DNA from: Octopus bimaculoides | Lineage: Eukaryota | Assembly: GCF_001194135.2 (NCBI RefSeq) | Contig: NC_068990.1 | Location: 84,251,520 to 84,315,519 of the forward strand | Direction: 5' to 3' | Length of the DNA: 64,000 nucleotides | Part shown: one piece after another, positions 51,371-62,903 of the stretch | Layout of the letters: every line of letters begins with the position of its first letter | How positions within the stretch are numbered: position 1 is the first letter of the stretch | Notes under the pieces: generated by a model | Told to the model about the DNA's origin: nothing | The model's input: the letters and a program-made list of their open reading frames with translations, nothing else | Database searches by the model: none | Translations under genes and position numbers: made by a program

Positions 51371-52215
51371 ATGTAATGCATGCCTGATACTTATTCTATA
51401 AATGACTGGGGAATGAAATGTAAAGTTGATCCTGGTAGTATTTGAATACATAAGATAGAGGTACCCAACACAATCACTAAATACGGTAAGGCATTTTAAT
51501 ATAGTGCATTACTCTTTTTTGCAACCACTGTCTTTGGGATTTGAACTCAAAATATAGAAGAATGAAAGCAAATATTGTAGGAGATTCTAGTTTGTCGTTC
51601 CACTAATCACTTCTCTACCAAATCCATCTCAGTATATCACTGGTATTTATTTTATTAATCCTAAGGAATACGAAGTAAACTTTGTCCTGATATGATTTGA
51701 ACTCTGAATGTGGAGATCTATAAGTAAGGTATTTTAGTTTATGATTCTGATTTTTTTCTCATTCCTTCACCCCGTAATAATTGATGTTTGCTTAGTTTAC
51801 TACAGGGGATATAAAAATACTTTTTCTAGCATTTAGCATTTTTTTCTAATTTTTTTTATTCTGTGGTAATAATTTTTTTAACATAAACATAAAACTAGAA
51901 ATTTCAGTAGAAGTCATTTTCAATTTCATTGACTTTTGTATTTGTCTGGCCAATAAAGGATTCTTTATGTGCTCCCTCTACCTGCACGAAATAGAAGACA
52001 AATCTCCACAGAATCACATCGTATCATCTTAAAAAGGGAAAGGTCACTTTAGATAATGTGGACCTAGATACACTATGTTTGAAAAAGTGTGGTGATTACA
52101 GCTGGAACCTCATTGGTCTGTTTGATCAGAACTGAATTGGCACTGATTAACAATAAACATAGCAGCTACAGCTCACCTCCATATGACTAAATAACTTTTC
52201 TTTTTTTTTTTCTAG

Positions 52216-52324
52216 TTGGAAATTACCAGAAGTTCACAGACATCTTGTATCATTGGGTGTTCCCTGGATGCTTATTGGAACTAAGTGGTTCATTTGTATG
52301 TATGCAGATGTTGCCCCAGTTGAG
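52216..52324 (+). CDS. GRTP1: GRTP1 coding exon 8
   Basis: WKLPEVHRHLVSLGVPWMLIGTKWFICMYADVAPVE; phase 2 to 0. Confidence 0.97.
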
Positions 52325-53254
52325 GTGAGAAAATATTTTTGGTGGCTTCCCCTCATCTTCCTATTTTTTTTATGTAAATATGCAAACATTGAAATGTTAG
52401 ATGTGTGACCAGTCAAGTTCATCAAATGTTATCTCATCACCTGACACAGGTATTCCTGCTCCTTGACAAACATGTTCAACTCAACATCCATGTCCCCTTC
52501 CTGGCAAAACAGGATCTTATAATTTTCTCCATGTCATGCTTCTCCTAATTACAATTGAAACTATTATTCCATGTCACTGGAAATTGCCTTTTTGATTCAC
52601 TTGAGTTACCTTTCTGCAAACAACGATAACTTAAGTTAATTTTTCTGCAGGTTTTCTTACTATTACAGTTGGGGTCTCATAAGATTTTTTTTATTTCACA
52701 CCAAAATTTCAAAAAGTATTTAATGTGCGACTTATTAACCACTTCAGTTGAGCACATTAAGTCTATATAACTTTAAATAGGTACCATGATGAAGTGCAGT
52801 TCAGTGTTAGTTGTATAATTGTCAACTATTTTATTAGCTTGTAGTAATGAATGGAAATCTTCCACTGGGCTTAGAAAAAACAGTATCATTTTTTAATTAG
52901 GAGGAACAGTTGATTGAATTAGTCTCTGTACTTGACTGATACTTATTTAATGTCTCCAGAAGGAGGAAAAGTAAAGTTGTCATAGGTTGGGTTCAATTTC
53001 AGTAAGTAAATACCACAAGGTATTGTGCCTGGTCCCATAATGATTCTGTCAATCTACCATTCTAAAACTGGCAATATTGTGCCATTCTCATGCATCCTCT
53101 CTTGAGATATTCTATGGGAGTGGGCTCTTCATTGATATTCCCAACATCACATTAGATTTCTGGATACCAGGGGTACAGTAATGTTGGGACAAATATAATA
53201 AGGTAATATGAGCTAGTAGGAGGTACTTCTACTCAACCATTTGACTGTGTAGAG

Positions 53255-53460
53255 CAGCATTTCTCAACCGGGGTTCCCCAGAGCCCTAGGGTTTCACAAA
53301 AGATTCCTAGGGATTCCGCGAGAAAGAGTGAGATAAGCTAATGCTAATTTCATGATCATTGTAATATTACTATACATGCACAACGTATTATTGGTTATTG
53401 TAATATCATAATATAGACATCATCCTATCTAACCTATTATGTTATCAAAAAATATAACAA

Positions 53461-53494
<34 letters not shown>

Positions 53495-54190
53495 TCATCA
53501 TCATCATCATCGTCGTTGTTTAACGTCCGCTTTCCATGCTAGCATGGGTTGGACGATTTGACTGAGGACTGGTGGACCAGGAGGCGACACCAGGCTCCAA
53601 TCTGATTTGGCAGAGTTTCTACAGCTGGATGCCNNNNNNNNNNATATATATATATATATATATAAAACTTACTTGGAAAAGGATGCATGGCATTCGATCA
53701 TATAATAGTATAAACAATATATAAATATATGCATATAACCATACATATATGTACATACCTACGTATATATGTATATATACATGCATATATGGGTACAGGA
53801 CATTAAAAAAATTAAGGGATCAGCAAACATTTGCTTCACCACATACCGAAGTTCAGAAATAGCAGCTAAAAAAGCTGAGGCTCCAACAGTGTTTGCTGAT
53901 CCCTTAATTATGTTTATAAATGTATAAGAACTTTTAAATAAGTTCTCCACCGATAATGGTGTTTACATACCGAAGGGCTTGGTAAAAATTATTAATTGTT
54001 GATTTATTAATAAATTAATAAATTGATAAACCTTTACCCTTTTAATTGTATATTTATTTATTTACCACGTGAACTACAATGAAAAAGATATGAGTAAGAT
54101 ATGGCATATAATTTCTTATGTGCAGGGGTTCTGTGAAACATGTAATTAATCTTAAGGGTTGCATAAGGGTAAAAAGGTTGAGAAACACTG
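53255..54190. mobile_element. hAT MITE (27010 family, opposite orientation) with nested SINE and TA-rich insertions
   Basis: TIRs cagcatttctcaacc / ggttgagaaacactg with a perfect TSD gtgtagag. Confidence 0.85.
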
Positions 54191-54346
54191 GTGTAGAGGC
54201 ACACAAGTTTTTACTTAGAATTACTGCCTTCCTAGATAGTTTACAAGTGGTTCAGCTTGTTGAGCCCATATCTCCTTCATTTGTTTCTTTTTTAGGAAAG
54301 TGGTTATACACCATTAGGTGTATACCTGCTTCCGTACATTAAATTC

Positions 54347-54714
54347 TGAAGAAACAACGGAACGCAGATTCTGAACTATCAACACAACAATATTTATTTA
54401 CAGAGGAAATAGGCAGCACTTTGCCCTTTGGTTGCTGAGACGCCGTCAATGATGTTGGTTGGTTATTTGTCTAGCTCCAGAGTTGGAATGTTGGAAAGAG
54501 CTGTCTCCAGAGTTGGAATGTTGGAGAGACTGCTTGATACGTCCAGGCTCATGGCTGGCCGGCCGAGAAAGAGAATGAATAAGGGTGTGAAACTTGGATG
54601 TCCAATCACCAAGCATGCGCATGAGACTCTTCCCGTGTTCCTTCCGGAACTAGTCCCTGCGCATGCGTGGATAAGCTTACCGGAAATGTTGTCTGCTATA
54701 AAGGCGTTACTACA
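54347..54714 (-). mobile_element. Probable solo LTR
   Basis: TG...CA termini, GC-richer than its flanks, minus-strand AATAAA at 54393-54398 and an internal 21-bp direct repeat. No clean TSD. Confidence 0.6.
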
Positions 54715-54835
54715 CTTTCTTTGTGAAACTTTTTCAGAATTGTGAACTTTATATTATTTTTGTTGGGTGTTGTCCTCTCACTCTCACACTTATTCACTCC
54801 TTTCTTTACTATCCCTCTTGTTTTTGTTTTTGCAG

Positions 54836-55021
54836 ACTGTTTTACGCATTTGGGATGCCTTGTTTTATGAAGGTTCCAAGATCCTACTGCGAGTTGCTTT
54901 CACTTTGATCTCAATGAACAGCGATAAAATTCTGGCCTGTAAAGATTTTCCTGAAGCTGTTCACATAATTCAGAGTTCAGTAAAAAACCCTTTGGTGAAA
55001 CATTGTCATAGTTTCATGGAG
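54836..55021 (+). CDS. GRTP1: GRTP1 coding exon 9
   Basis: TVLRIWDALFYEGSKILLRVAFTLI...KHCHSFME; phase 0 to 0. Confidence 0.97.
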
Positions 55022-55604
55022 GTAAGCATCTTCTCCCTCACCTTCACCCTTACTCTTGTCATCGTCTTGCTTGTTGACGTCATTGTCATCATCACCATTG
55101 CTGATATAAGATGGATGAGCTCGCTATGTGATTTACAACCTCTTCCATGTTACTTGTCCAACTTCTTCTGTGAAGTCCAGTGTTATCAGCTTTGCCCTGA
55201 CTGCAGTTGCTATTCATTAGAGATGCCATCCAGAAATAGTTGAGAGTATCTTAGTAGCGTTAGTAGAAGGCAATTTAAAGCATTTAAGAAAATATAAAAA
55301 TAAATGGATTATGAAGGCCTGAAAACATTGTGTTTCAAAAAAAAAATGGAGATTGTCACCGCTGGAATGTCTATGATCAAAGATCTTTGACTAAACAACA
55401 CCCACACCCACATGCACACTAATATGTGCATGTACATATATGTACATGCATGTACATACACACTCATATATTTGGCTAGTTCTATATGATGTATTACAAT
55501 TTTATTTTTTTTACCCCAATTAAGAAATGCATTTTTATTATAATTGTAAAAATATTTTTTTTCATCTTTACTTACGTCTTTTTTTTCCTTTTCTTCATTT
55601 CCAG

Positions 55605-55685
55605 TTAATTTTCAAAGAAACAGGATCATTTCCTCGCAATGAAATCACAAAGATGAGAAAAAGTTGTATTGAGAAAATAACATAG
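55605..55685 (+). CDS. GRTP1: GRTP1 terminal coding exon 10
   Basis: Strong acceptor ...catttccag; LIFKETGSFPRNEITKMRKSCIEKIT*, matching the GRTP1 C-terminal IFSEPGSL...LRESC. Confidence 0.93.
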   Translation, partial: LIFKETGSFPRNEITKMRKSCIEKIT

Positions 55686-56011
55686 CACAAATCACAAATT
55701 CCATATGGTCTACAATGGTTGTTAAAAATATTTATCTGGTTCAGAGATCCTTGAAAAATATTGAGAGAATGCTAAGAGAGTATTCTCGACTCCTTATTTG
55801 TAACTCTTCCTAAATTTACTCTTTCCACAGAGTCCTTTTTCTCTAAACCAATTTTGTTTTTTATTGGCAAAATTTGAAAAAAAAAAACATTTAACACCTT
55901 CCTTGAAACCCCCCCCCCCAAAAAAAAACATAGAATGTATTATTTATTTTATTCTATTCCATCTTTATTTTTGTTATTCACCTCTTACCCAAAACAGTCT
56001 TTCCTTTTGAT

Positions 56012-56017
56012 AATAAA
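56012..56017 (+). terminator. Candidate GRTP1 polyadenylation signal
   Basis: First AATAAA I found after the stop codon. Unconfirmed. Confidence 0.3.
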
Positions 56018-56054
56018 CCCAACCACAACCAGTGTCTTTATTTCTCACAAAAGT

Positions 56055-56088
<34 letters not shown>

Positions 56089-56450
56089 TTTGTGTTGTGT
56101 TGTGTATGTGAGGGAGATTGTTTCTATAAAATATTTTGGTTTATTTAAATCTACAATTTAAAGGGAACAATCCAGAAACTTTCCTTAATTTTTTCTCATT
56201 AGTTGCACAATTTAAAAGAAATATTTTTTTCCTTTTACTTATCTTGAGCAAGTTAATTAGTTGCTCTTAATATATATTGTCTTGGGGCTCATTTTACTTT
56301 GCAAAACTGTGAGTATCTCTCACACTGAGGTATCGCTCACTGATGCCAGAAGCAGGAGCATTCTATGCGAGAATGCAAGCAATAGAAGCACTCAGTGAGG
56401 AAGACTCTACACAGTCACTTCTTCTGCTAGAAATAGCAGCCAAATATTTT

Positions 56451-56574
56451 TCAAACATCTTTTTTAAAAAAAATAGTGGACACATTGAATACAGGTACAA
56501 CATTGATTTTCCAGAACTTTTGGTTCCAAAACCTTTCCAGATGACTGCTTTTTCCAAAGCAGGAGTGGTCACCT
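56451..56574 (-). CDS. Terminal exon of an unidentified minus-strand gene (GDHSCFGKSSHLERFWNQKFWKINVVPVFNVSTIFFKKDV*)
   Basis: Acceptor ...ctattttttaatttag. Phase 2 matches exon 57080-57020. Non-repetitive sequence. Confidence 0.55.
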
Positions 56575-57019
56575 CTAAATTAAAAAATAGAATATTAAAT
56601 TTACTTAAATGATTAAATGAGATACTGCTACATGTATGTTAGTATAAATGATACAAGTTTGTTAATACTGTGCTTGACAAGGTACTGTGAAACAGGAACA
56701 ATCAGTATACTAGTCTGGTGGCAGCAAGAATTTGAAGTTCCTGCTCAGAAATTTATGCGGGTTTAGAGAGGTTCCAAATTATTATAGTCTTGAAAGTCAG
56801 TGCTGTACCTCGAAACACTATTCTTAAAAACAAGACAAGACAGGGTATAGTTGGAATGCCTTTGAAAATAGGTTGTTCTGGGATGATATGGGGTTCTATA
56901 ATTAAGGAATGTGTTATCAACTTGCTATGCTGAGTTTGAAGCTTTCCTGCAGGTCTGGGCCTTAACAGAAGTACTTTTAATACAGCTTGGTTCAGCCAAT
57001 TTGAGATAAAAAAACGCAC

Positions 57020-57080
57020 CTATTTCTGAGTAACAGATTTTGATATAATGATTGCAAGAAGTCATTGATTAAAGGTGTTC
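57020..57080 (-). CDS. Internal exon of the same minus-strand gene (TPLINDFLQSLYQNLLLRN)
   Basis: Acceptor tttcatttcaaattcag, donor AG|gtgcgt. Only one of the three frames is open (phase 1 to 2). Confidence 0.55.
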
Positions 57081-57708
57081 CTGAATTTGAAATGAAATAT
57101 TATAGCATGATGAATAATCAGTTGTTTTCCCAAAAGTAAAAAGAACATTTGCCATTTATAAATTTATTAACATTTTCCTCCCAACTCTGTTATTTATTCG
57201 TCTATAAACTTTTCCTTTTCAAAACACTTCTTTTTGTATTCACTATTTGTCAGCCTTTATCAGTTATTTATGAAAATGTTTACATACATGTATACATATT
57301 TATGTGTGTGTGTGTGTGTGTTTATGTGTGTCAACATGTGTACATGTGAAGCTTGTTTCCCAACCACACTGTTCTAGTTCAGTCCCACAGTGTGGAACCT
57401 TGGGCAAGTGTCGTCTACTATAGCCTCAGGCTGAACAAGGCCTTGTGAGTAGATTTGGTAGATGGAAACTGAAAGAAGCCCATTGTATATGTATGCGTGT
57501 GTCTGTGTGTGCGTTTGTTCTTCTTACTGCTTGACAACAGTTGTTGGTGTGTTTACACACCCATAACTTAGCGGTTTGGCAAAAGAGACCAATAGAATAA
57601 ATACCAAGCTTAAAAAAATAAAAGTCATGGGTTTGATTCATTCAACTAAAATTTTTCAAGGTGGCGCTCCTGCATAGCTGCAGTCTAATGAATGAAATGA
57701 GTAAAAGA

Positions 57709-57742
<34 letters not shown>

Positions 57743-57801
57743 GATTATACACGAACTCACAGGCACATGTGCATACAGATGTGTGTGCGTGCACACACAC
57801 A

Positions 57802-58014
57802 CAGGGTGTTTATAAATTATCATTACAACTTTTACAATTTATTGTATCACCAGGGTGTGTTGCATGCAACAAATGGTGCCTGCATGGATTTGTTCTGATG
57901 TTTCTAAAACAAAACTTTATTTGTTTTCCAATAAACTCTCTTGAGTTATCCTTATTTTCTGTCTTTTTTTTTTTCTGAATTGTTCGACTGTAAAGGTAAA
58001 TCATGGACACCCTG
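57802..58014. mobile_element. Tc1/mariner-type MITE
   Basis: Imperfect TIRs cagggtgtttataaat / aatcatggacaccctg. Confidence 0.5.
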
Positions 58015-58494
58015 TGTGTGTGTGTATAAATATACATGTACTTACGTACATAAATATTATGTGTATATTTGAAATAAATTACAGAAAGCAAGTGAATATT
58101 ATTTCAAAAATTTCATGAGACAAGTTTCAATAACTGGTACTTAATTTATCGACCCCGAAAGGATGAAAGGCAAAGTCGACCCCAGCGGAATTTGAACTCA
58201 GAACGTAACGGCAGACGAAATACCATTAAGCATTTCGCCTGTGCGCTAACGTTTCTGCCAGCTCGCTGCCTTGGATCAGGTGCTGGCATTATATTGGGCA
58301 GTGTGTTACACTTAGCATTGAAGATCAAGTAAGGTGCTAAACTGGGCAGTGTGTTATACCTAGCACCCAAGTACTAGGTGGTTGCTTGGTGAAGTGTCCA
58401 TTGCATGCCAGCATGGAAAGATGTAAAACGATTATGACGGTCACACACACACACACACACAGACATAGACACACTTACACACACACATATAATG

Positions 58495-58792
58495 AAGGTG
58501 CATGGCTCAGTGGTTAGAGCATTGGGCTCACATTCACGAGGTAGTGAGTTCAATTCCCGGACTGGGCTATGTGTTATGTTCTTGAGCAAGACACTTCATT
58601 TCCCGTTGTTCCAATACACTCACCTGTAGAAATAAGTTGCAACATCAATGGTACCAAGCTGTATAAGGGGAGGTTTGTATGCATGAGTGACTGCTGGTCT
58701 TCCATAAACAAACTTGCTCAGCCTTGTACTTTGGAGGGTAACTTTTTAGGTGCAATCTCATGGTTATTCACGACCAAAAGGGTTCTTTACCC
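58495..58792 (+). mobile_element. tRNA-headed SINE, third family
   Basis: A box tggctcagtggttagagc and B box gagttcaattccc, followed by a non-tRNA body. Ends in TA repeats. Confidence 0.75.
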
Positions 58793-58794
58793 TC

Positions 58795-58836
<42 letters not shown>

Positions 58837-59255
58837 NNNNNNNNNNNNNNNNNNNNNNNNNNNNNNNNNNNNNNNNNNNNNNNNNNNNNNNNNNNNNNNN
58901 NNNNNNNNNNNNNNNNNNNNNNNNNNNNNNNNNNNNNNNNNNNNNNNNNNNNNNNNNNNNNNNNNNTATTCATATAAATACAGTGTACATTTAAACACAT
59001 AAGATGGATACCTCTTATGTGTTTAAATGTACACTGTATTTATATATATGTATATGAAACACCTGTGTTAGAATGGTGGCAGCTGATGAAGGAAAATGTT
59101 CTCTATGTGGCCTGTGTGTTTTCTGTACTCTGGTTATTATTTTTTTGTCTACGTTTTGTTTGCAACGTCCTGTACTCAGATATGCACCTATATATACAGG
59201 TAGATGTAGGTATGCACATACTTGTACGTGTATATGCATACACTCATTTATTATT

Positions 59256-59295
<40 letters not shown>

Positions 59296-60069
59296 AAATA
59301 AGCACATATATGTAAAACAAGGTGGAAAAAGTAGTACTCAAATACTGGAGGTAGAGTAATATGGTTTTATAAAAGAATCTACAAAGACATTACAAATACT
59401 TACTAAGGTTCCTGTTTCTTGGACAGTTTGTGCTTATGATGATGTTGCTGATGGTGGAATTGCAGTAGTGTTGTTGGTTGTTGTTGATGAGGATGATTAA
59501 TGTAGTGCTGATAACTGTTGCTATTATTGATTTTGGTGATATGCTTGTAGTCCTAATGGTGGTGGTGGTGGTGGTAGTGGTGAATGGGTTGCTGTAGGGT
59601 TAATGATGAGTGGTGATGATGTTGGTTATAGTTGGTCGTGTTTGATATGACGATAGCAACATTGCTGCTGCTTCTGCCCCTGCTGCTGCTGATGATGATG
59701 ATGAGGATGAAAACGATGACAATGCTAGTTGTGGTACTGACAGTGGTGGTGATGAGGAGGATTATGATGCTGATGGAGGTGACGGTTTCATATCAAGAAC
59801 CCAAAATAAATGTTTTAAGTTTTATGCCAGAGTTGATGGAGGGTGGTGGGGCAGAGAAAGAAACAAAAAAATATGTGTGTATATAGAGAGAGAAGGTGGG
59901 AGCGAGTGAGCGACAGTGTGAATAGTGATGTCACTGTTTTTATGAAGGAAATGAAAGTCCATAAGCAAGCAGAAGTGGTGATGCTGGACAGGAAGATGAG
60001 AACATCAGTGTGGCAGAACAAATTCTGGCAGGAAGTGTTTAAAGTGGTGGCAGCTATGATTCAGAGATG

Positions 60070-60235
60070 ACCAGTTTAGATGTTGCAGAGATTGAGAGAT
60101 GGATTGAGAGAGACAGACAGACAGATAGATAGTTAGTTAGATAGATAGATAGAAATAGTTAGAGAGATAGATAGATGGAAATAGATAGTTAGATAGATTG
60201 ATAGATAGATAGATAAATAGTTAGATAGATAGATA
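60070..60235. repeat. (GATA)n/(GACA)n compound microsatellite
   Basis: Directly visible. One of dozens of TA, CA, GA, TAA and CAT microsatellites in the window. Confidence 0.9.
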
Positions 60236-60479
60236 TTTCTGTGTTAAGTTTAACATTTGATTTTGTACTATTTATCGTTTTGCTCATGATGTTAATACTT
60301 GAAAATATGTCCTTACGTTAACAACATTACGGAAAAGTTCATTTAAGGGTTAGTCTATAAATCAAAGACTTAAAAATATTCTATTTTTGGTCTTTTTGAC
60401 CACCATTGGTCCCATGATTTTATGATGGAATATTTTGTGAGGTTATATTTTCATTTTATACCACCCGGTTTACATTATC

Positions 60480-60920
60480 ATTGATTCAACTTCGCTTCTG
60501 ATATTTAACTTTAGTTGGTCGATTATGCAAGACATTCAAAGACGCCTGTTTTAAACGGGGACTAATCGATACGGACAATCATTATGACAGCATGCTTGAA
60601 GAAGCGTCTATCCGTCGAAGCTTCGTCATCTATTCGCTATTATGCTGGTTTTCTGTAACTTGGTTAACGCGAATTCGTTGTGGAATAAATGCAGGGACCA
60701 TATGTTCTTTTCATTCATTCTGACTGCCTATTTCCCCTGAAAAGGTTGCAATTCTACATCGAGCTGAGTTTTACCATGACCATCAACAAATCTCAAGGTC
60801 AATCTCTTAAAATTGTTGGTTGAGATCTTCGTACCCACTGCTTTTCACACGGCCAATTTTACGTTGGCTGTTCCAGAGTTGGTGTTCTGGACAACTTTTT
60901 ATTTAACAAAAAACGTTGTA
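60480..60920 (+). mobile_element. Helitron Rep/helicase relic with a large internal deletion
   Basis: LCKTFKDACFKRGLIDTDNHYDSMLEEAS.../RHLFAIMLVFC...SLWNKCRDHM is joined to KRLQF..[39 protein letters not shown]...TKNVV (PIF1-type motifs V-VI). Confidence 0.85.
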
Positions 60921-61222
60921 CAGTTCTATATTTAAGAGATGAGGAATTCTGTACATTATTTACATTCGACGGATATTTGTCCTTATCTTGTTTGTTGTTA
61001 ACACAACGTTTCTTATCGTATAGGTAATCATTTTTCTATGTTGTGTACTAATGAATTTAAGGAGATATTATTGAATAATAATAATACTTTATTTAACTCC
61101 CTTGATGAACGTAAAATTAAATGTAGACATAAATTAAATTGTTTATATAATAAGTTTAGCTAATTGTGTATATATATGTATATATGTGTGTATATATGTA
61201 TATATATGTGTATATATGTATA

Positions 61223-61270
<48 letters not shown>

Positions 61271-62692
61271 CCCTATTTTATGTTTACTAATTGTAGTAGT
61301 TATAATTTGTACTTATAAAGTGTATATTAATTAGTACGGTAATATTTTTAGTGAATATTATATATTAATAATTAAATGATACTATGATTTTTATAAAATA
61401 AATAATTTAAATATTTTAATTAATTTATTTAATATAAATATATTAATTTACGTATTTTAGTTTTAAACTATTAGACTTTAAAATTATTTAGAATTCAAAA
61501 TTTTCCAGTAAATGTTTATAATACAGTTAATTTGTTATTATGATTACAGCTAAAATACATTTTGATTTTATAAAAAGAAAATACTTAAATAAATATTTAT
61601 ATATCTCTTTATTCTATTACTTTTTTTTACGCTATATTTTCACGCGACTTAATTCTAATAAACGCTAAGTTAAAAGTATAACGTTTAAAATTTTAGTTTA
61701 AACTAAAGCTTGGACAAGATAAGTATTGCATTTATTTTCAGTAGTATTGTTAAATATTTTTCTTTTATTTATTGGTAAAATAAGTATTTTTATATAAATT
61801 CATTTGATAATTATTCTTAGTCGATATATATACATTGATTTTATTATTATTGTTGTATTTTGTCCTGACGATTAGCTATATTTTTGAATAGAATTGATTT
61901 TAGAACGATTTATTTTGAATCGATTTGATTTTTATTTGATTTTTTTATTTTCTATTTGAAAATATGCTTATGAAACACGTGTAGTCATTTTTACTATTTT
62001 AATATTTATTACATTGTACTTTTTTTATTTCTATTATTGATCTTTTTAGTGTATTTACTTATTAAATTTTTCTATATGTGATTTTGGATTTTCATGGATG
62101 AATTAAATAATTGTGGGTTTTTTTTCTCTAAATTATATATTTATATATTATATATTGTGAAATTTAATTTAATTTAGATAAATTAAATTGAATTTTTCCC
62201 TGTAAATTTTGGGAATTTTTCCCCTAATATTATATATATATATATAAAATCATACAAAAACTAGATTTTTCATTCTGGTTACTCACAATTTCTCGTCCTA
62301 CGGAAAACCGTCAGATTAATTACCTTTATCTTCTCATCTCTTATGAATGAGGATTTGATAACCTATTCCGTTTCCGTTAGTGTGCATAACTTTTTTGGTG
62401 GTATAAATTAGTTATTTCTCTTTCATCGTACGATAAATCTCGTTAGTTGTAGTGAGAAATAAATGAAATGATCAAAATTCTAAAAAAGTAAAGAGAAGTT
62501 AATACATGTCTAGTAAGGGCGTGCAGAAAGTGTATCAATAGAAGAGGGCGGGTAATAGAGAGCAAGAAAACGGAAATAGAAAGTAAGAGCAATGAAAAAT
62601 AAGGTACAGACAAATGAGTATGTTAACATATGCCCATGAACTTGTGTGCATTTGCGGCAGATATTTAGGTTGTGTCTCAGTTACTTCTTAAA

Positions 62693-62738
62693 ATGGCTAC
62701 ACTTCCTGAAAAATACTGGCCTGGTATTCAGAGATCAG
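62693..62738 (+). CDS. Candidate first coding exon of a downstream plus-strand gene (MATLPEKYWPGIQRS)
   Basis: ATG in aaaATGG context, upstream acceptor gtctcag at 62680, donor CAG|gtttat, GC-box-like gagggcggg near 62545, CpG-richer region. Confidence 0.4.
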
Positions 62739-62903
62739 GTTTATATAGTTGTTTTTTTTAGTATAAGTTTATATTCTCTCTCAACTGTGCAAAGATTCTT
62801 TTATTTCCGACTTCTCAATAATCTTTCCTTTCGTGTTATAATCAGAACCTCTTTCTTTTAATTACTACATGTAGTTGGCTATTTTTTTGCATTCCTCTTT
62901 TAG

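Noticed and set aside
54767-55243. 158-aa ORF, and similar ORFs 37338-37721 and 44718-44975
   Set aside because: GRTP1 exons read through into flanking intron. The true boundaries are set by splice sites.
56343-56612. Plus-strand 89-aa ORF and minus-strand 69-aa ORF (TTPALEKAVIWKG...)
   Set aside because: The plus ORF has no splice or promoter support. The minus ORF frame is incompatible with the only open frame of the upstream exon, so the GDHSCFG frame is preferred, though not proven.
58495-58570. tRNA-like A/B boxes (also 28490, 48608, 63773)
   Set aside because: SINE heads with no complete cloverleaf or acceptor stem, continuing into repeat bodies.
59080-59110. CTGATGA hammerhead core (also CTGAAGA at ~3885, ~30214, ~30542, ~54346 and CTGATGA at ~33244)
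   Set aside because: No paired stem II followed by GAAA and NUH.
60921-61012. Penelope-type repeat end (minus strand gaaacgttgtgttaac) as a ribozyme
   Set aside because: Truncated before the CUGAUGA half, so it cannot fold a complete core.
61260-62160. Bisulfite-like or C-to-T hypermutation signature
   Set aside because: C and G counts are similar in sampled lines and many non-CpG Cs remain, so there is no strand asymmetry.
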